A stretch of 64,000 nucleotides of DNA, taken from NCBI GenBank assembly GCA_046536795.1, contig JAWDMB010000003.1, forward strand, positions 35,645 to 99,644. Reading direction: 5' to 3'. Origin of the DNA: Candidatus Micrarchaeota archaeon. Its GTDB lineage: Archaea > Micrarchaeota > Micrarchaeia > Micrarchaeales > CABMGC01. The position numbers were made by a program, and so were the translations under genes. The notes beneath the pieces are model-generated. The model was not told the origin of the DNA. It saw only the letters and a program-made list of their open reading frames with translations, and did not search any database. Below are positions 39,436 to 49,220 of this stretch, one piece after another (position 1 is the stretch's first letter; each line of letters opens with the position of its first letter).

Positions 39436-40032
39436 CTATATTAATACCTCTGCATTGCCGAAGACTTGTGCATTGCCGTGTACTTGTGCATTACCGTAGA
39501 CCTGCGCAATGCCGTATACTTGTGCATTGTCAAATACACTTGCATTGCCGAAGACCTGCACATCGTCATAAATCCATGCCATGTTGTAGACCCTTGCATT
39601 GCCATAGACTTGTGCATTGCCAAAGACACTTGCAAAGCCGAAGACCTGCACATCATCGTAGACCTGTGCATTGTCGAAGACCCATGCATTGCCAAAGACC
39701 CTCGAAAAGCCAGAGACGTGTGCATTGCCGAAGGTCATTGCACTACCATATACCAATGCATTACTATCCACCCGTGCATTGCCGAAGATCATTGCACCTT
39801 CGGAGACCCATGCGTTTGAACTGTAGTCAAGATTGTCCTCTTTCTCTATAAAACCTCCCATGTCCCCTTTTCTTGCAATAACTTTACCAGATTCATCTAC
39901 GATATCTTTTGTTGCCCTAATTCTGTATAGTGTGTGCGTTTCGCCATTGATTTTAATTATTTTACTCTCGCCTGTGAATTCATACTTATCGTTGTATTCG
40001 CTTGTTTTAGGCATTTCTTTTTGTAAACCCAC
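39436..40032 (-). CDS. Hexapeptide-repeat (left-handed beta-helix-like) protein of a phage-associated type
   Basis: N-terminal YRIRATKD...KGDMGGFIEKEDNL followed by 21 NAxVxG-type hexapeptides. Confidence 0.85.
   Translation of the reverse strand: MGLQKEMPKTSEYNDKYEFTGESKIIKINGETHTLYRIRATKDIVDESGKVIARKGDMGGFIEKEDNLDYSSNAWVSEGAMIFGNARVDSNALVYGSAMTFGNAHVSGFSRVFGNAWVFDNAQVYDDVQVFGFASVFGNAQVYGNARVYNMAWIYDDVQVFGNASVFDNAQVYGIAQVYGNAQVHGNAQVFGNAEVLI
39439..39816 (-). repeat. 21 x 18-bp degenerate coding tandem repeat with a 90-bp higher-order duplication
   Basis: Units such as gcattgccgaagacttgt; gccgaagacctgcacatc occurs at both 39547 and 39637. Confidence 0.9.
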
Positions 40033-40182
40033 TCATCACTTTCTCAATCATTTTTTCACTGTTTGCACTACCAATTAAAAATTACCCCCAAATATTTTGT
40101 TTATATATACTTTATTTAAACATTTACATTTACACTTAGGCAAACTATTTTAAACTATATTGCACATTTTATATTTGATTTC

Positions 40183-40704
40183 ATGGAAGAGGTAATATTG
40201 GTAGACGAACAGGATAGGCCGATAGGCACTATGGAGAAGCTGCAAGCGCATATGAATGGTGGCAGACTACACAGGGCAATTTCTATATTTGTATTCAACA
40301 AAAAAGGAGAGCTAATGCTGCAAAAGCGAGCTATGACAAAATATCACAGCAAAGGGAAATGGAGCAATACTGTGTGCACACACCCAAGGCCAAATGAGAA
40401 ACTTGAAGATGCTGCGCATAGAAGACTCAAGGAGGAGATGGGCTTTGACTGCCCACTTAAAGAAGAATTTAGCTTCATATATAAGGCGGATGTAGGCGAA
40501 GGGCTTACAGAATATGAATTTGACCACGTCTTCTTTGGAAGATATGATGGCGAGCCAGAAATAAATAAGGAAGAAGCGGATGACTGGAAATGGGCGAGCT
40601 TAGAAGAAATAAGCAAAGATATGAAAGAGAATCCAGAGAAGTACACACCATGGTTTAGGATAATGTTTGATAGAGTAGTAGAAAGAGCAAATAAGAAAAA
40701 ATAG
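40183..40704 (+). CDS. idi: Isopentenyl-diphosphate delta-isomerase, type 1 (Nudix fold)
   Basis: LHRAISIFVFN, LQKRA..K, WSNTVCTHP, RRLKEEMG, EYEFDHVF, W residue, YTPWF. Confidence 0.95.
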   Translation: MEEVILVDEQDRPIGTMEKLQAHMNGGRLHRAISIFVFNKKGELMLQKRAMTKYHSKGKWSNTVCTHPRPNEKLEDAAHRRLKEEMGFDCPLKEEFSFIYKADVGEGLTEYEFDHVFFGRYDGEPEINKEEADDWKWASLEEISKDMKENPEKYTPWFRIMFDRVVERANKKK

Positions 40705-40707
40705 ATA

Positions 40708-41517
40708 TTATTTCTCGACTTCTACTATCTTTTTAGCTATTTTGGTAAATTCATCCATTATTTCATTGTTCTCCAATATAGGCACTTTTCCTTCATCAGA
40801 TAATTTTGAAATAAGATCATTTTTCTTTATTGTTCCAAGAAGCTCGCAGCCAAGAGCTTCTGCGACTTCCTTTCCGCCCTTCGCATAACCATCTGACATA
40901 TTTTCCACTACACCAAGCAGCGCTATGTTGAACTTTTTCACCATTGTGCCTGATCTAATTGTGTTCACCGCTGCTATATGCTGTGGCGTTGTTACAAGGA
41001 TAAAACCTGTAAGATTAAGAAGCTGCATAATAGATATTGGCGCATCACTTGTACCTGGAGGCAAATCGATAATAAGAAAATCTAGCTCACCCCATTCTGT
41101 ATTTTTCAAAAAATCTCCAACCATCTTTGCTATTAAAGGGCCTCGCCACACTATGGGTTTTGAGGCATCATCTGTAAGCATCGCTGTTGATAATACCTTA
41201 ACACCGTTGTGTTCGAATGGTTTGAGTGGATATTCATCTATTCTATGATTAATGCCAAGGAAGAAAGTAACATTAGGACAATCAATATCTGCATCAAGCA
41301 AACCAACTTTAAAGCCCATCCTATTAAGGGTATATGCTAGATTTATTGCTACTGTTGTTTTTCCTACACCGCCTTTTGCACTGTATACACCGATCCTGTG
41401 CTTTACCTTTAACATCTTGTCTTCTACATCGCGCTTCTCCCTTATCACATTAAAAAGAGATGGATGCACATTTACCTCTTTGTTTTTAATGACATCCTCT
41501 GGTTTATAGCTTTCCAT
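40708..41517 (-). CDS. Mrp/ApbC/NBP35-family P-loop ATPase
   Basis: KGGVGKTT, DAD, WRGPL, DLPPGTSD, VTTPQ, VVENMS motifs; lacks the C-terminal CxxC. Confidence 0.9.
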   Translation of the reverse strand: MESYKPEDVIKNKEVNVHPSLFNVIREKRDVEDKMLKVKHRIGVYSAKGGVGKTTVAINLAYTLNRMGFKVGLLDADIDCPNVTFFLGINHRIDEYPLKPFEHNGVKVLSTAMLTDDASKPIVWRGPLIAKMVGDFLKNTEWGELDFLIIDLPPGTSDAPISIMQLLNLTGFILVTTPQHIAAVNTIRSGTMVKKFNIALLGVVENMSDGYAKGGKEVAEALGCELLGTIKKNDLISKLSDEGKVPILENNEIMDEFTKIAKKIVEVEK

Positions 41518-41689
41518 GAAAAATACCCGTTAAACTTTATATTAATTCTTTACTTCTATACTTATTTAATGTTATCCTTTTACAGTGCTTTTCAAAATAT
41601 AATTGCCTAGCAAATTCTTAAGGAAGTATGATATAAAAATATTATTTACATTATCTATTAAAATCTAAATTAAAATAATAGTTGGTTAC

Positions 41690-43426
41690 ATGGCTATACT
41701 TGGACTACACGATGCACACGATGCGGGCGCTGGTATTGTAAGAGATGGCGTGGTTTTGGGAGCGGTAAATGAGGAGAGATTTACAAGAAAGAAAAACGAT
41801 GTCGGCTTTCCTGAAAATTCTATAAGATACCTTATCAATTCACTAAAAGATGAAGAGATAGAAAAAATCGCGGTAGCATGGTATGGAGGAAGTGCTTTAT
41901 TTGCAAGAATATGGCCCGAGCTTGAGGTTAAAAGAAGAAAGCTTTGGAGAAAAGAAGTAGAAAAGCCATCAAGGCTAAGCATGCATGCTAGAAATGCTGT
42001 TTTCAGGCTTGTCCAAGACCAAAATCCAAAATGGCTCTGGAAGTGGCTTGGCGTTAATATAGGCTCTTATATCATTGCTAAAAAGCTTAAAAAGCTTGGA
42101 TTGGAAAAGAAGATTGAGTTTGTTGAGCACCATCTTGCTCATGCATCTTCTGCATATTATGCTTCTGGCTTTAAAGAAGCTCTTGTAATAACCCTTGACG
42201 GAGCTGGCGATGGGCTTAGCGGAACAGTTTCTATAGGAGACAACGGCGAATTAAAGAGAATAAATCAGTTTAAAGCAAGTGCAAGCATAGGCATACTCTA
42301 TGGCGCCGCCACAATTGCTTTGGATATGAGGTATAGTGAGGATGAGGGCAAGCTCATGAGCCTAGCTGCGTATTCTTATCCAGCAGAAGTTCCGGAGCTT
42401 AAGGAAATGCTGTATTATGATGAAAAAAGCAAGCAGCTTGTGAGCAGAAGTGGGATAAAATTTGAATACCTGCTTGCAGAATACATGAAAGACCACATAT
42501 TATGGAAATATAATAGAGAGGCTTTTGCATATGGTGTACAGAAGTATGTTGAAGAGCAGGTGCTGAAGATAGTAAAGCAGTACATTGAAGAAACAGGTAT
42601 AAGAAATGTAGCGGTTGCTGGAGGCTTTTTCTCAAACATAATAACGAATATGCTGATAAATGAACTTCCTGAAGTTAAGGACTTTTTTGTCTTTCCACAT
42701 ATGGGCGATGGGGGCTTAGCTCTTGGTGCTGCTTATTATGTAGACTTCAAGGAGCATGGTAAGTTTAACAAAAAACAGATAGATAACCTATACTATGGAC
42801 CAGAATACACAAACAGCGAGATAGAGGAGGTGCTAAAGAAGTATGCAAAAGAGAAAAAGATAAGATATGAGGAAAGAAAAGATATTGTAAAATACACAGC
42901 GGAACGTGTTGCAGAGAAGAATGACATTGTATTGTGGTTCCAGGGAAGAATGGAATACGGCCCAAGGGCTCTAGGAAACAGAAGTGTTGTTGCTTTGGCG
43001 AGTGATCCAGAAAACAGAAACAAGCTAAACATAATAATTAAGAGAAGACCATATTACCAGCCTTTTGCAAGCACAATCTTAGAAGAAGATGCTGAAGAGC
43101 TTCTTAGCCCATATTTAAGGCCAAATAGGTTTATGACTGTAGGCTATAAGGTAAAAAAGGAGCATTGGAATGACCTTGTCGCAGCTTCGCACATAGATGG
43201 TACAACAAGGCCACAGATACTTGGAAATGAGAACAAGAGGTTTAGAGAGCTTATAAAAGAAATAAAGAAAGAAACGGGCATAGGAGCTATTGTCAACACA
43301 AGCTTTAACAAGCATGGCGTGCCGATAGTCATGGATCCAGATTATGCTATATGGACTCTTCTAAATACAGGCTCGCAGTATTTGGCGATAGGAGACTTCT
43401 TTGTAGAGAAAGTGAATAAGGGCTAG
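41690..43426 (+). CDS. Carbamoyltransferase (NodU/CmcH/TobZ family)
   Basis: HDAGA, EERFTRKK, HHLAHASSAY, DGAGD, EGKLMSLA, GRMEYGPRALGNRS, RPYYQPFA, NTSFNKHG motifs. Confidence 0.95.
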   Translation: MAILGLHDAHDAGAGIVRDGVVLGAVNEERFTRKKNDVGFPENSIRYLINSLKDEEIEKIAVAWYGGSALFARIWPELEVKRRKLWRKEVEKPSRLSMHARNAVFRLVQDQNPKWLWKWLGVNIGSYIIAKKLKKLGLEKKIEFVEHHLAHASSAYYASGFKEALVITLDGAGDGLSGTVSIGDNGELKRINQFKASASIGILYGAATIALDMRYSEDEGKLMSLAAYSYPAEVPELKEMLYYDEKSKQLVSRSGIKFEYLLAEYMKDHILWKYNREAFAYGVQKYVEEQVLKIVKQYIEETGIRNVAVAGGFFSNIITNMLINELPEVKDFFVFPHMGDGGLALGAAYYVDFKEHGKFNKKQIDNLYYGPEYTNSEIEEVLKKYAKEKKIRYEERKDIVKYTAERVAEKNDIVLWFQGRMEYGPRALGNRSVVALASDPENRNKLNIIIKRRPYYQPFASTILEEDAEELLSPYLRPNRFMTVGYKVKKEHWNDLVAASHIDGTTRPQILGNENKRFRELIKEIKKETGIGAIVNTSFNKHGVPIVMDPDYAIWTLLNTGSQYLAIGDFFVEKVNKG

Positions 43427-45624
43427 CCGCTTGTAAATGTAATATTTGTTATACCAAAGTTGAGCCCATTTGAGTATGTTGTGTTTGGCGTTAAAAGTAT
43501 AAGCATATTAAGCCCTGGCTGAAGGCTCAAGCTAACAGAGTAATTCTCCGGATAAGGAGTAAGACTTATTCTTTTTACCAGATTATTTGCGGAGTTTAAG
43601 TATATGCCCATAGTTGAGCTACCACCATAGTACATTGCGGTAAAATTCATAACTATATTTGTGCTATTTTCTGGCACATATATTCCTATACCTCTTGCAT
43701 TGCTGCCCCACCACATGCTTGAGAATGTTGTGTTACAGAAAATAGATGTACAAAGGCTATAACCAGGAACCCAGGAACCTATAGTATATGCCACAATGTG
43801 CTTGCCAACATTATCTGCTATTGCTTTGCTTGTAGCGAAGATTATTGTACTATTTGACTGATAAACTGGATTACCTAACATACTATAGAGATAGCTAGCA
43901 AGCTGAAGAAGGTCTGTATAATTATATGCCTGCCTTATAATACCAATGAACCCAACATTAAGGCTTGCAAGTATGAAGAGGTTAAGCTGCGTATAATTTT
44001 CAATTATTGGATATGGGAAAGCAAGCTTGCCGGTATTACTTAGATAATCTGCTTCTACAGCTATTGGTATCTGCTCGACAACGCCTAGCTGCGTTTGGTT
44101 CATTCTTGTTGCGTACCCACCGACAAGCGGCTTCTGAAATGCTGTTTGATAATATAACTCAACCCCCATATATTTCTCTGGAGCTGCGCTAGTGTAGTTT
44201 GGCAGTGCGGGCAATATAAGCACTGAGAAATTGCCAGGTATTTGCCTTATATAATAATAAGCTTTTGGAATAATTGCAGGCGTTACCTGTGGCACAAAAT
44301 ATGCCCAATATTCTATTAATATAAGAATAGCAAATATACCAAACAAAATTTCTTTGCGGTTGCCACTAGACTTTTCTGATATAAATTTGAAACCAAATGC
44401 GGCAAGAACAGCTAAAGCAAGTACAGTAGCAAAGTCAAATCTACCAGGCTCTCTAAATACGTTAAGCAATGGTATATGGTGATATAGCAAATATAATCCA
44501 GGCAAAAGACCAGAGGTAGTTTCTGGAAAACCACTCCATCTTATATATGGGCCTAAAGAGAGCCATATAAAGAATATTGCTAAAAATAGCCATAGCCCTA
44601 TTTTTGCTAGCTCTTTTTTCTTATATGCAAGGTAAATAGAGGCTATTGCAAGGAACAAAACGCTATAGCCAATATACGCGGTGCCTTCAGCTGGATCTAC
44701 AACTGACTTTTGATAAAAAGCAGCGTAGCCATTTAAAGAGCCAAATATCGGGTTTATGTAAGAGGGCAAGAAGAACGAAGAGATTGTATCACTATATAGA
44801 ATGTTGTAAGGTATTGAACCTTGCGTGTTAACATAAGAGAGCACACCACTCTCAATGCCTTGTATCATCGGTATAAAACCTGGTGAACCAAGAACAAAAG
44901 AAAGTATGATAAAGAGCGCAAAAAGGTACGCGAACTTTCTGCTTAGTATATTCTTCCTTTCATTTTTATCAAAAAGAAGATAGTAGATCAAAATAAAGAA
45001 TGCAACAAGCGCAAGAAGTATTCCTTGTTCAACATCACCCATAAATACCGAGAGAACAAAAGAAATTGCAGCATAGAAAGCATATTTTATCTTTCTCTCC
45101 TTTATCATGAGAAGAAAGAAGAGGACAAATAGGGGTATAAATTCAGTATTGGTCCACTGCAAGTGACCTACGCTCTGCATTATATGCTCAGGGCTAAAGG
45201 CGAAGATTAACCCAGCAAGAAATGAACCAGGAATATTTCCTGTAAGGTATTTTGCGAGTATATATGTAAATAGACCTGATAAAACTATCCCTATTATTAT
45301 TGCTGTGTTCATCGCAAACGGCAGGCTTATGAGTTGCAAAGGATATGTTAATACGCCCAAGAGTGGAGCCATTGTTTGCGTTACTAAATTAGCTCCAACC
45401 GGATATAATATCAAATTTGTAAAATAAGGTGTTGTATGTAGATAAAATATTGCATAGTTCACCCACCAGAGATCCCATAAGCCTTGATAGCTATCACCAC
45501 CATAACCAAATGTAGAAGTTGTAAAATTTGCAATCAGCTGGGGGAACATAATAACTGCTACCAGCGCATAGGCAAAAAATACTAATACATATTCTCTAAA
45601 TTTTCTATTACCAATTGATAGCAT
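43423..45624 (-). CDS. Multi-pass GT-C-like (YfhO/ArnT-like) membrane protein with C-terminal external domain
   Basis: About 13 TM segments; GGDSYQGLW in the first loop, FREPGRF, YYQTAFQKPLVGGY; Asn-rich beta C-terminus. Confidence 0.72.
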   Translation of the reverse strand: MLSIGNRKFREYVLVFFAYALVAVIMFPQLIANFTTSTFGYGGDSYQGLWDLWWVNYAIFYLHTTPYFTNLILYPVGANLVTQTMAPLLGVLTYPLQLISLPFAMNTAIIIGIVLSGLFTYILAKYLTGNIPGSFLAGLIFAFSPEHIMQSVGHLQWTNTEFIPLFVLFFLLMIKERKIKYAFYAAISFVLSVFMGDVEQGILLALVAFFILIYYLLFDKNERKNILSRKFAYLFALFIILSFVLGSPGFIPMIQGIESGVLSYVNTQGSIPYNILYSDTISSFFLPSYINPIFGSLNGYAAFYQKSVVDPAEGTAYIGYSVLFLAIASIYLAYKKKELAKIGLWLFLAIFFIWLSLGPYIRWSGFPETTSGLLPGLYLLYHHIPLLNVFREPGRFDFATVLALAVLAAFGFKFISEKSSGNRKEILFGIFAILILIEYWAYFVPQVTPAIIPKAYYYIRQIPGNFSVLILPALPNYTSAAPEKYMGVELYYQTAFQKPLVGGYATRMNQTQLGVVEQIPIAVEADYLSNTGKLAFPYPIIENYTQLNLFILASLNVGFIGIIRQAYNYTDLLQLASYLYSMLGNPVYQSNSTIIFATSKAIADNVGKHIVAYTIGSWVPGYSLCTSIFCNTTFSSMWWGSNARGIGIYVPENSTNIVMNFTAMYYGGSSTMGIYLNSANNLVKRISLTPYPENYSVSLSLQPGLNMLILLTPNTTYSNGLNFGITNITFTSG

Positions 45625-45698
45625 CTGGAAACCCCATTCTGCATAAGAATAAAAACTATAAGAATGTTATATATAAATACCTAACTAGCGATGAAGCT

Positions 45699-46895
45699 AT
45701 GAAATCCAAAAGACCAAACATCTCAATTATTATATTAGATTCGCTTAGGCTTGATGCTTTCAAAAAGCTAGACGATGAAAAAGGCTTATTCAAAGAGTTT
45801 AAAAGAATAGAAGAATGCATCGCTCCAGCGCCTTGGACGCTGCCTTCACACGCTTCCTTATTTACAGGCATGTACCCTAGCGAGCATGGCGCGCACGAAA
45901 CCGAAGAGATTAAATCGCTCGACATAGAAAGAATAAAGCTCAGGAAAGAAACCTTTATAAGTGAACTAAGCAGGCTTGGCTACCATACCTATGCAATCTC
46001 AGCAAACCCATACGTGCATCCAATATATGGCTTTAACGAATTTGCTACTTTCATCGAAGAAACATATTTTACAGATGTTTTTGGAAGTGTTTTTGAAATA
46101 CCAAAAAGTGCAAAGGAAGTGGCTGCAAAATATAGAAATATTTATGGAAATAACCCCATAAAGATTGCAGGCTCCCTCATAAAAGAAAACCCAGCACTTG
46201 CTGCTGCGTTGATAGAAGGTATGCTATTTCTAACACCCATAAATATAGCAAAGAAGTTTAAGGCAAAGTTCATAGAAGGCTGGCCGCTTGAGAAAGGTGG
46301 CAAAAAAATAGTTGAAAAGGTTAAAAGGCTAAAGCTCAAAGAGCCGTTCTTTTTGTTCATAAACATGATGGAACCGCACGACCCATATATCGGTGTTAAG
46401 AAAGATGTAGACTGGTCGACCTCATTTATGAAGAAGAAGCCAGAAAAGAGGGCTGTAGAGTTATGGAAGAAGCTTTATTACAAAGCATCTGCTAAAGCGC
46501 TCGGGTATGCAAATCAAGTGGTGAATAATTTAGCTGAGAGATTTGGTGATAACCAGATAAACATAGTTACTTCAGACCATGGACAAGAATTCAATGAGCA
46601 CGGCTTTATAGGGCATGGAGTAATGCTTCACGATGAAATTGTCAAGGTTCCTTTTCTGCTTAAAATGCCAAGTTCATTTAATATCGAAAGAGATGGTAGA
46701 TATATCTCGCTTGTAAATGTAAAGAGCTTTATAGAAGAAGCTTTGTCAGGCAATAAAGATGCTGCAAAGAGACTTTATTCGGGCAGGATATACGCTGAGA
46801 GCTTCGGTATACCTGCAAATATGAGTATAATAAAAGGCATAGATAAAGCGAAGATAAAAAGAAATGAAAAATATAGAATAAGGGTATTTCAATAG
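45699..46895 (+). CDS. Sulfatase-like (alkaline phosphatase superfamily) hydrolase/transferase
   Basis: IILDSLRLD, PWTLPSHASLFTG, EPHDPY, TSDHG motifs; start taken at ATG 45699. Confidence 0.88.
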   Translation: MKSKRPNISIIILDSLRLDAFKKLDDEKGLFKEFKRIEECIAPAPWTLPSHASLFTGMYPSEHGAHETEEIKSLDIERIKLRKETFISELSRLGYHTYAISANPYVHPIYGFNEFATFIEETYFTDVFGSVFEIPKSAKEVAAKYRNIYGNNPIKIAGSLIKENPALAAALIEGMLFLTPINIAKKFKAKFIEGWPLEKGGKKIVEKVKRLKLKEPFFLFINMMEPHDPYIGVKKDVDWSTSFMKKKPEKRAVELWKKLYYKASAKALGYANQVVNNLAERFGDNQINIVTSDHGQEFNEHGFIGHGVMLHDEIVKVPFLLKMPSSFNIERDGRYISLVNVKSFIEEALSGNKDAAKRLYSGRIYAESFGIPANMSIIKGIDKAKIKRNEKYRIRVFQ

Positions 46896-46896
46896 C

Positions 46897-48123
46897 TTAT
46901 TCCACTATGCCTATACCACCAAACTTATTTTCTATGTAAAAGCTGAATCTGCCCATACTTTTCAAAATATTATATCTTTCGAAGGCGATATCTGATTCTA
47001 GTTCTAGATCCAAAATTCCTGCATTCAACGGTTCTATCAGGCTCTTTTTACTTAAAGCACCTGTTGTAGTATCTATGTGCTTTATTATGCTAAGCTTATT
47101 GCATTTTACTTCATTTCCTAGAACCCTTATGACTATTTTAGAGTTTGGCGTGAGCTTAGCTAAAGTAAAGATGAGTGCATTTAGTTTATTCGCTACTATC
47201 GGCTCTTCACCTTCTTTAGCGATCACAAGGCCACGTGGATTCTCTATATCTTTATCGAGTTCGATTGCCACACTAGAGCCTTCGCCTGCTTTAGCTACCG
47301 CCCTTCCTTTTAGGATTATCTTTTTTGCATATCTTTCTATATTGCCAGGAAAGAACGTTATTTTACCTTTCTCAATCTTACCGTTTAGTATCTTTGCACT
47401 TATTAGCTTTTTGTTGCCATCTTCTATGTATCCCTGCACTACCGCTCTCAACTTATTAAATTTATTTTTATCCTTTTTGCCTGCACCTTTGGTCATTCTA
47501 TAAAGCTCTTCCAAAAGAGGCATGCCCTTGTACCACTTCATTTTATCTGAGCGTCTTATTATATTCTCTCCATTATATGCGGAGATGGGCACATACCTTA
47601 TTATCCCATCAAATTTAATATTAGATAAAAACTTACCAATTAATTTTGTTATTTTATTGTATATGTTTTCATCATAATTTATAGTATCCATCTTGTTTAC
47701 TGCAACAATAAGGTTTTCTATGCCAAGCATCTTTGCAACAAAGACATGCCTTTTTGTCTGCTTTCTTATTCCTTCTCCGGGCTTAGCAGATACAAGGAGT
47801 ATGGCTGTTTCTGCAAAAGAAGCGCCACTCAGCATGTTCTTGATAAGCTCTTCATGCCCGGGAACGTCTATAAATTCAAATGCAAGATCTTTGTATTTAG
47901 CTTCGGCTCTTGTAGAATCAATTGTAAGCCCGCCTTTGCGCTCTTCTTCCAAGCTATCTAATATAAATGCAGGTTCAAATGACTTACCAAGCTTTTCACT
48001 ATATCTCTTAGCTTCTTCTATTCTTGTATTGCTGACAGAATTTGTAAGCATAAGAATGCTGCCTATTAGAGTTGACTTGCCGTGGTCTTTGTGGCCTAGC
48101 ATTGTAACGTTCTCGACAAGCAT
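46897..48123 (-). CDS. cysN: Sulfate adenylyltransferase subunit 1 (GTPase)
   Basis: GHKDHGKSTLIG, GLTID, DVPGH, NKMD, ISA motifs; directly downstream of cysD; no fused APS kinase domain. Confidence 0.82.
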   Translation of the reverse strand: MLVENVTMLGHKDHGKSTLIGSILMLTNSVSNTRIEEAKRYSEKLGKSFEPAFILDSLEEERKGGLTIDSTRAEAKYKDLAFEFIDVPGHEELIKNMLSGASFAETAILLVSAKPGEGIRKQTKRHVFVAKMLGIENLIVAVNKMDTINYDENIYNKITKLIGKFLSNIKFDGIIRYVPISAYNGENIIRRSDKMKWYKGMPLLEELYRMTKGAGKKDKNKFNKLRAVVQGYIEDGNKKLISAKILNGKIEKGKITFFPGNIERYAKKIILKGRAVAKAGEGSSVAIELDKDIENPRGLVIAKEGEEPIVANKLNALIFTLAKLTPNSKIVIRVLGNEVKCNKLSIIKHIDTTTGALSKKSLIEPLNAGILDLELESDIAFERYNILKSMGRFSFYIENKFGGIGIVE

Positions 48124-48131
48124 ATATTCAC

Positions 48132-48920
48132 CTACATGTAGCCAAGTGCCCTAAGTTTTTGCATCACATACTCTCTTTCTTTGTCCTGCTCTCTGCCTGC
48201 TCTTTCCTCTACATTAGTTGTTTTAAGCTCTTTTATAATATCATCTACAGTCTTTGCATTCGACTTTAGAGGCACAGTGCAATGCGTGCAGCCAAGGCTT
48301 CTATACCTAAACCCATTTCTAGAAAAGTATAATGGATTTACAGGTATGTGCTCCTTCTTTATGTAGTTCCATATGTCTATCTCATTCCAATCTAGGAGAG
48401 GGTGTATTCTAACATGTCCTTCATTTTCTATCTTTGAAGAATAATCATCCCAAAGTTCTGCAGGTTGGTCTTTATAGTTCCACCTGAAGTTCTTATCTCT
48501 AGGACTAAAGACCCTTTCCTTTGCCCTAACACCATGTTCATCCCTTCTTATAGATACAATTAATGCGTCAAACTTATACTGCTTCATCACCTTCTTGAGT
48601 GCCTCCGTCTTATTTGCACCACAACAACTAAAGCCCGATATTTCTGGCTTTATCTCGCTTTTTGCCACTATTAAGTTAAGTTTCCACTTCTTTGTAAGCT
48701 CCTCCCTAAACTTATAAGTTTCTGGGAAGTCTATCCCATTATCTATATGAATAACAGGAAAAGGCACCTTTCCAAGAAACGCCTTCCTTGCAAGTGCTAG
48801 CATTGTTGTGGAATCCTTTCCCATGCTCCATAGAGCAGCTATATTTTTGAACTTCGAACGCGCTTCTCTAAGTATAAATATACTCCTTTCTTCGAGCTCT
48901 TTTAGATTTTGTTCTATCAT
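48132..48920 (-). CDS. cysD: Sulfate adenylyltransferase subunit 2
   Basis: SMGKDS, RRDEHGVRAKERVFS, QPAELW, RIHPLLDWNE.DIW.YI, RSLGC, ERAGREQD motifs. Confidence 0.95.
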   Translation of the reverse strand: MIEQNLKELEERSIFILREARSKFKNIAALWSMGKDSTTMLALARKAFLGKVPFPVIHIDNGIDFPETYKFREELTKKWKLNLIVAKSEIKPEISGFSCCGANKTEALKKVMKQYKFDALIVSIRRDEHGVRAKERVFSPRDKNFRWNYKDQPAELWDDYSSKIENEGHVRIHPLLDWNEIDIWNYIKKEHIPVNPLYFSRNGFRYRSLGCTHCTVPLKSNAKTVDDIIKELKTTNVEERAGREQDKEREYVMQKLRALGYM

Positions 48921-48924
48921 TCTA

Positions 48925-49212
48925 TCACCATTTGTTTATATTGAGCAAACCCTTCAGGTATATGGTAGCACCTTCTACCCTCTTTCCGTTGACTCTCTTA
49001 AAAATCGGTACCTTTGTCACAAGCTTGCCTTTTGCATCAAATAGCTCTGCATAAGATTTGGTTAAATCTTCTGCATTTTTTAGTGTTACATAAACTATTC
49101 TGTAATATTTAATGCCTGATTTCTTGAGCGCTTTCGCAAACTTTTCCCAGTTTGCTTCGTTCGGCTCTTTTTGAAGTAAATCTGCTATTCTAATTATTTC
49201 GTCATTCTTCAT
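48925..49212 (-). CDS. Hypothetical protein in the RHH-cysDN operon
   Basis: ORF with a GAGGGAG SD lying between the RHH gene and cysD. Confidence 0.6.
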   Translation of the reverse strand: MKNDEIIRIADLLQKEPNEANWEKFAKALKKSGIKYYRIVYVTLKNAEDLTKSYAELFDAKGKLVTKVPIFKRVNGKRVEGATIYLKGLLNINKW

Positions 49213-49220
49213 TTTCTCCC

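Noticed and set aside
39439-39816. Possible CRISPR array
   Set aside because: Contiguous degenerate 18-bp coding units with no unique spacers and no cas genes. The 57-bp duplication at 18687 also has no spacer.
39414-39851. Three overlapping + strand ORFs with Cys/His/Arg periodicity
   Set aside because: Artefacts of the 18-bp repeat, which lacks stops in the alternative frames; the minus-strand gene has a real N-terminal domain.
46897-48123. EF-1alpha or HBS1 assignment
   Set aside because: Direct coupling to cysD and divergent domains II/III favour CysN.
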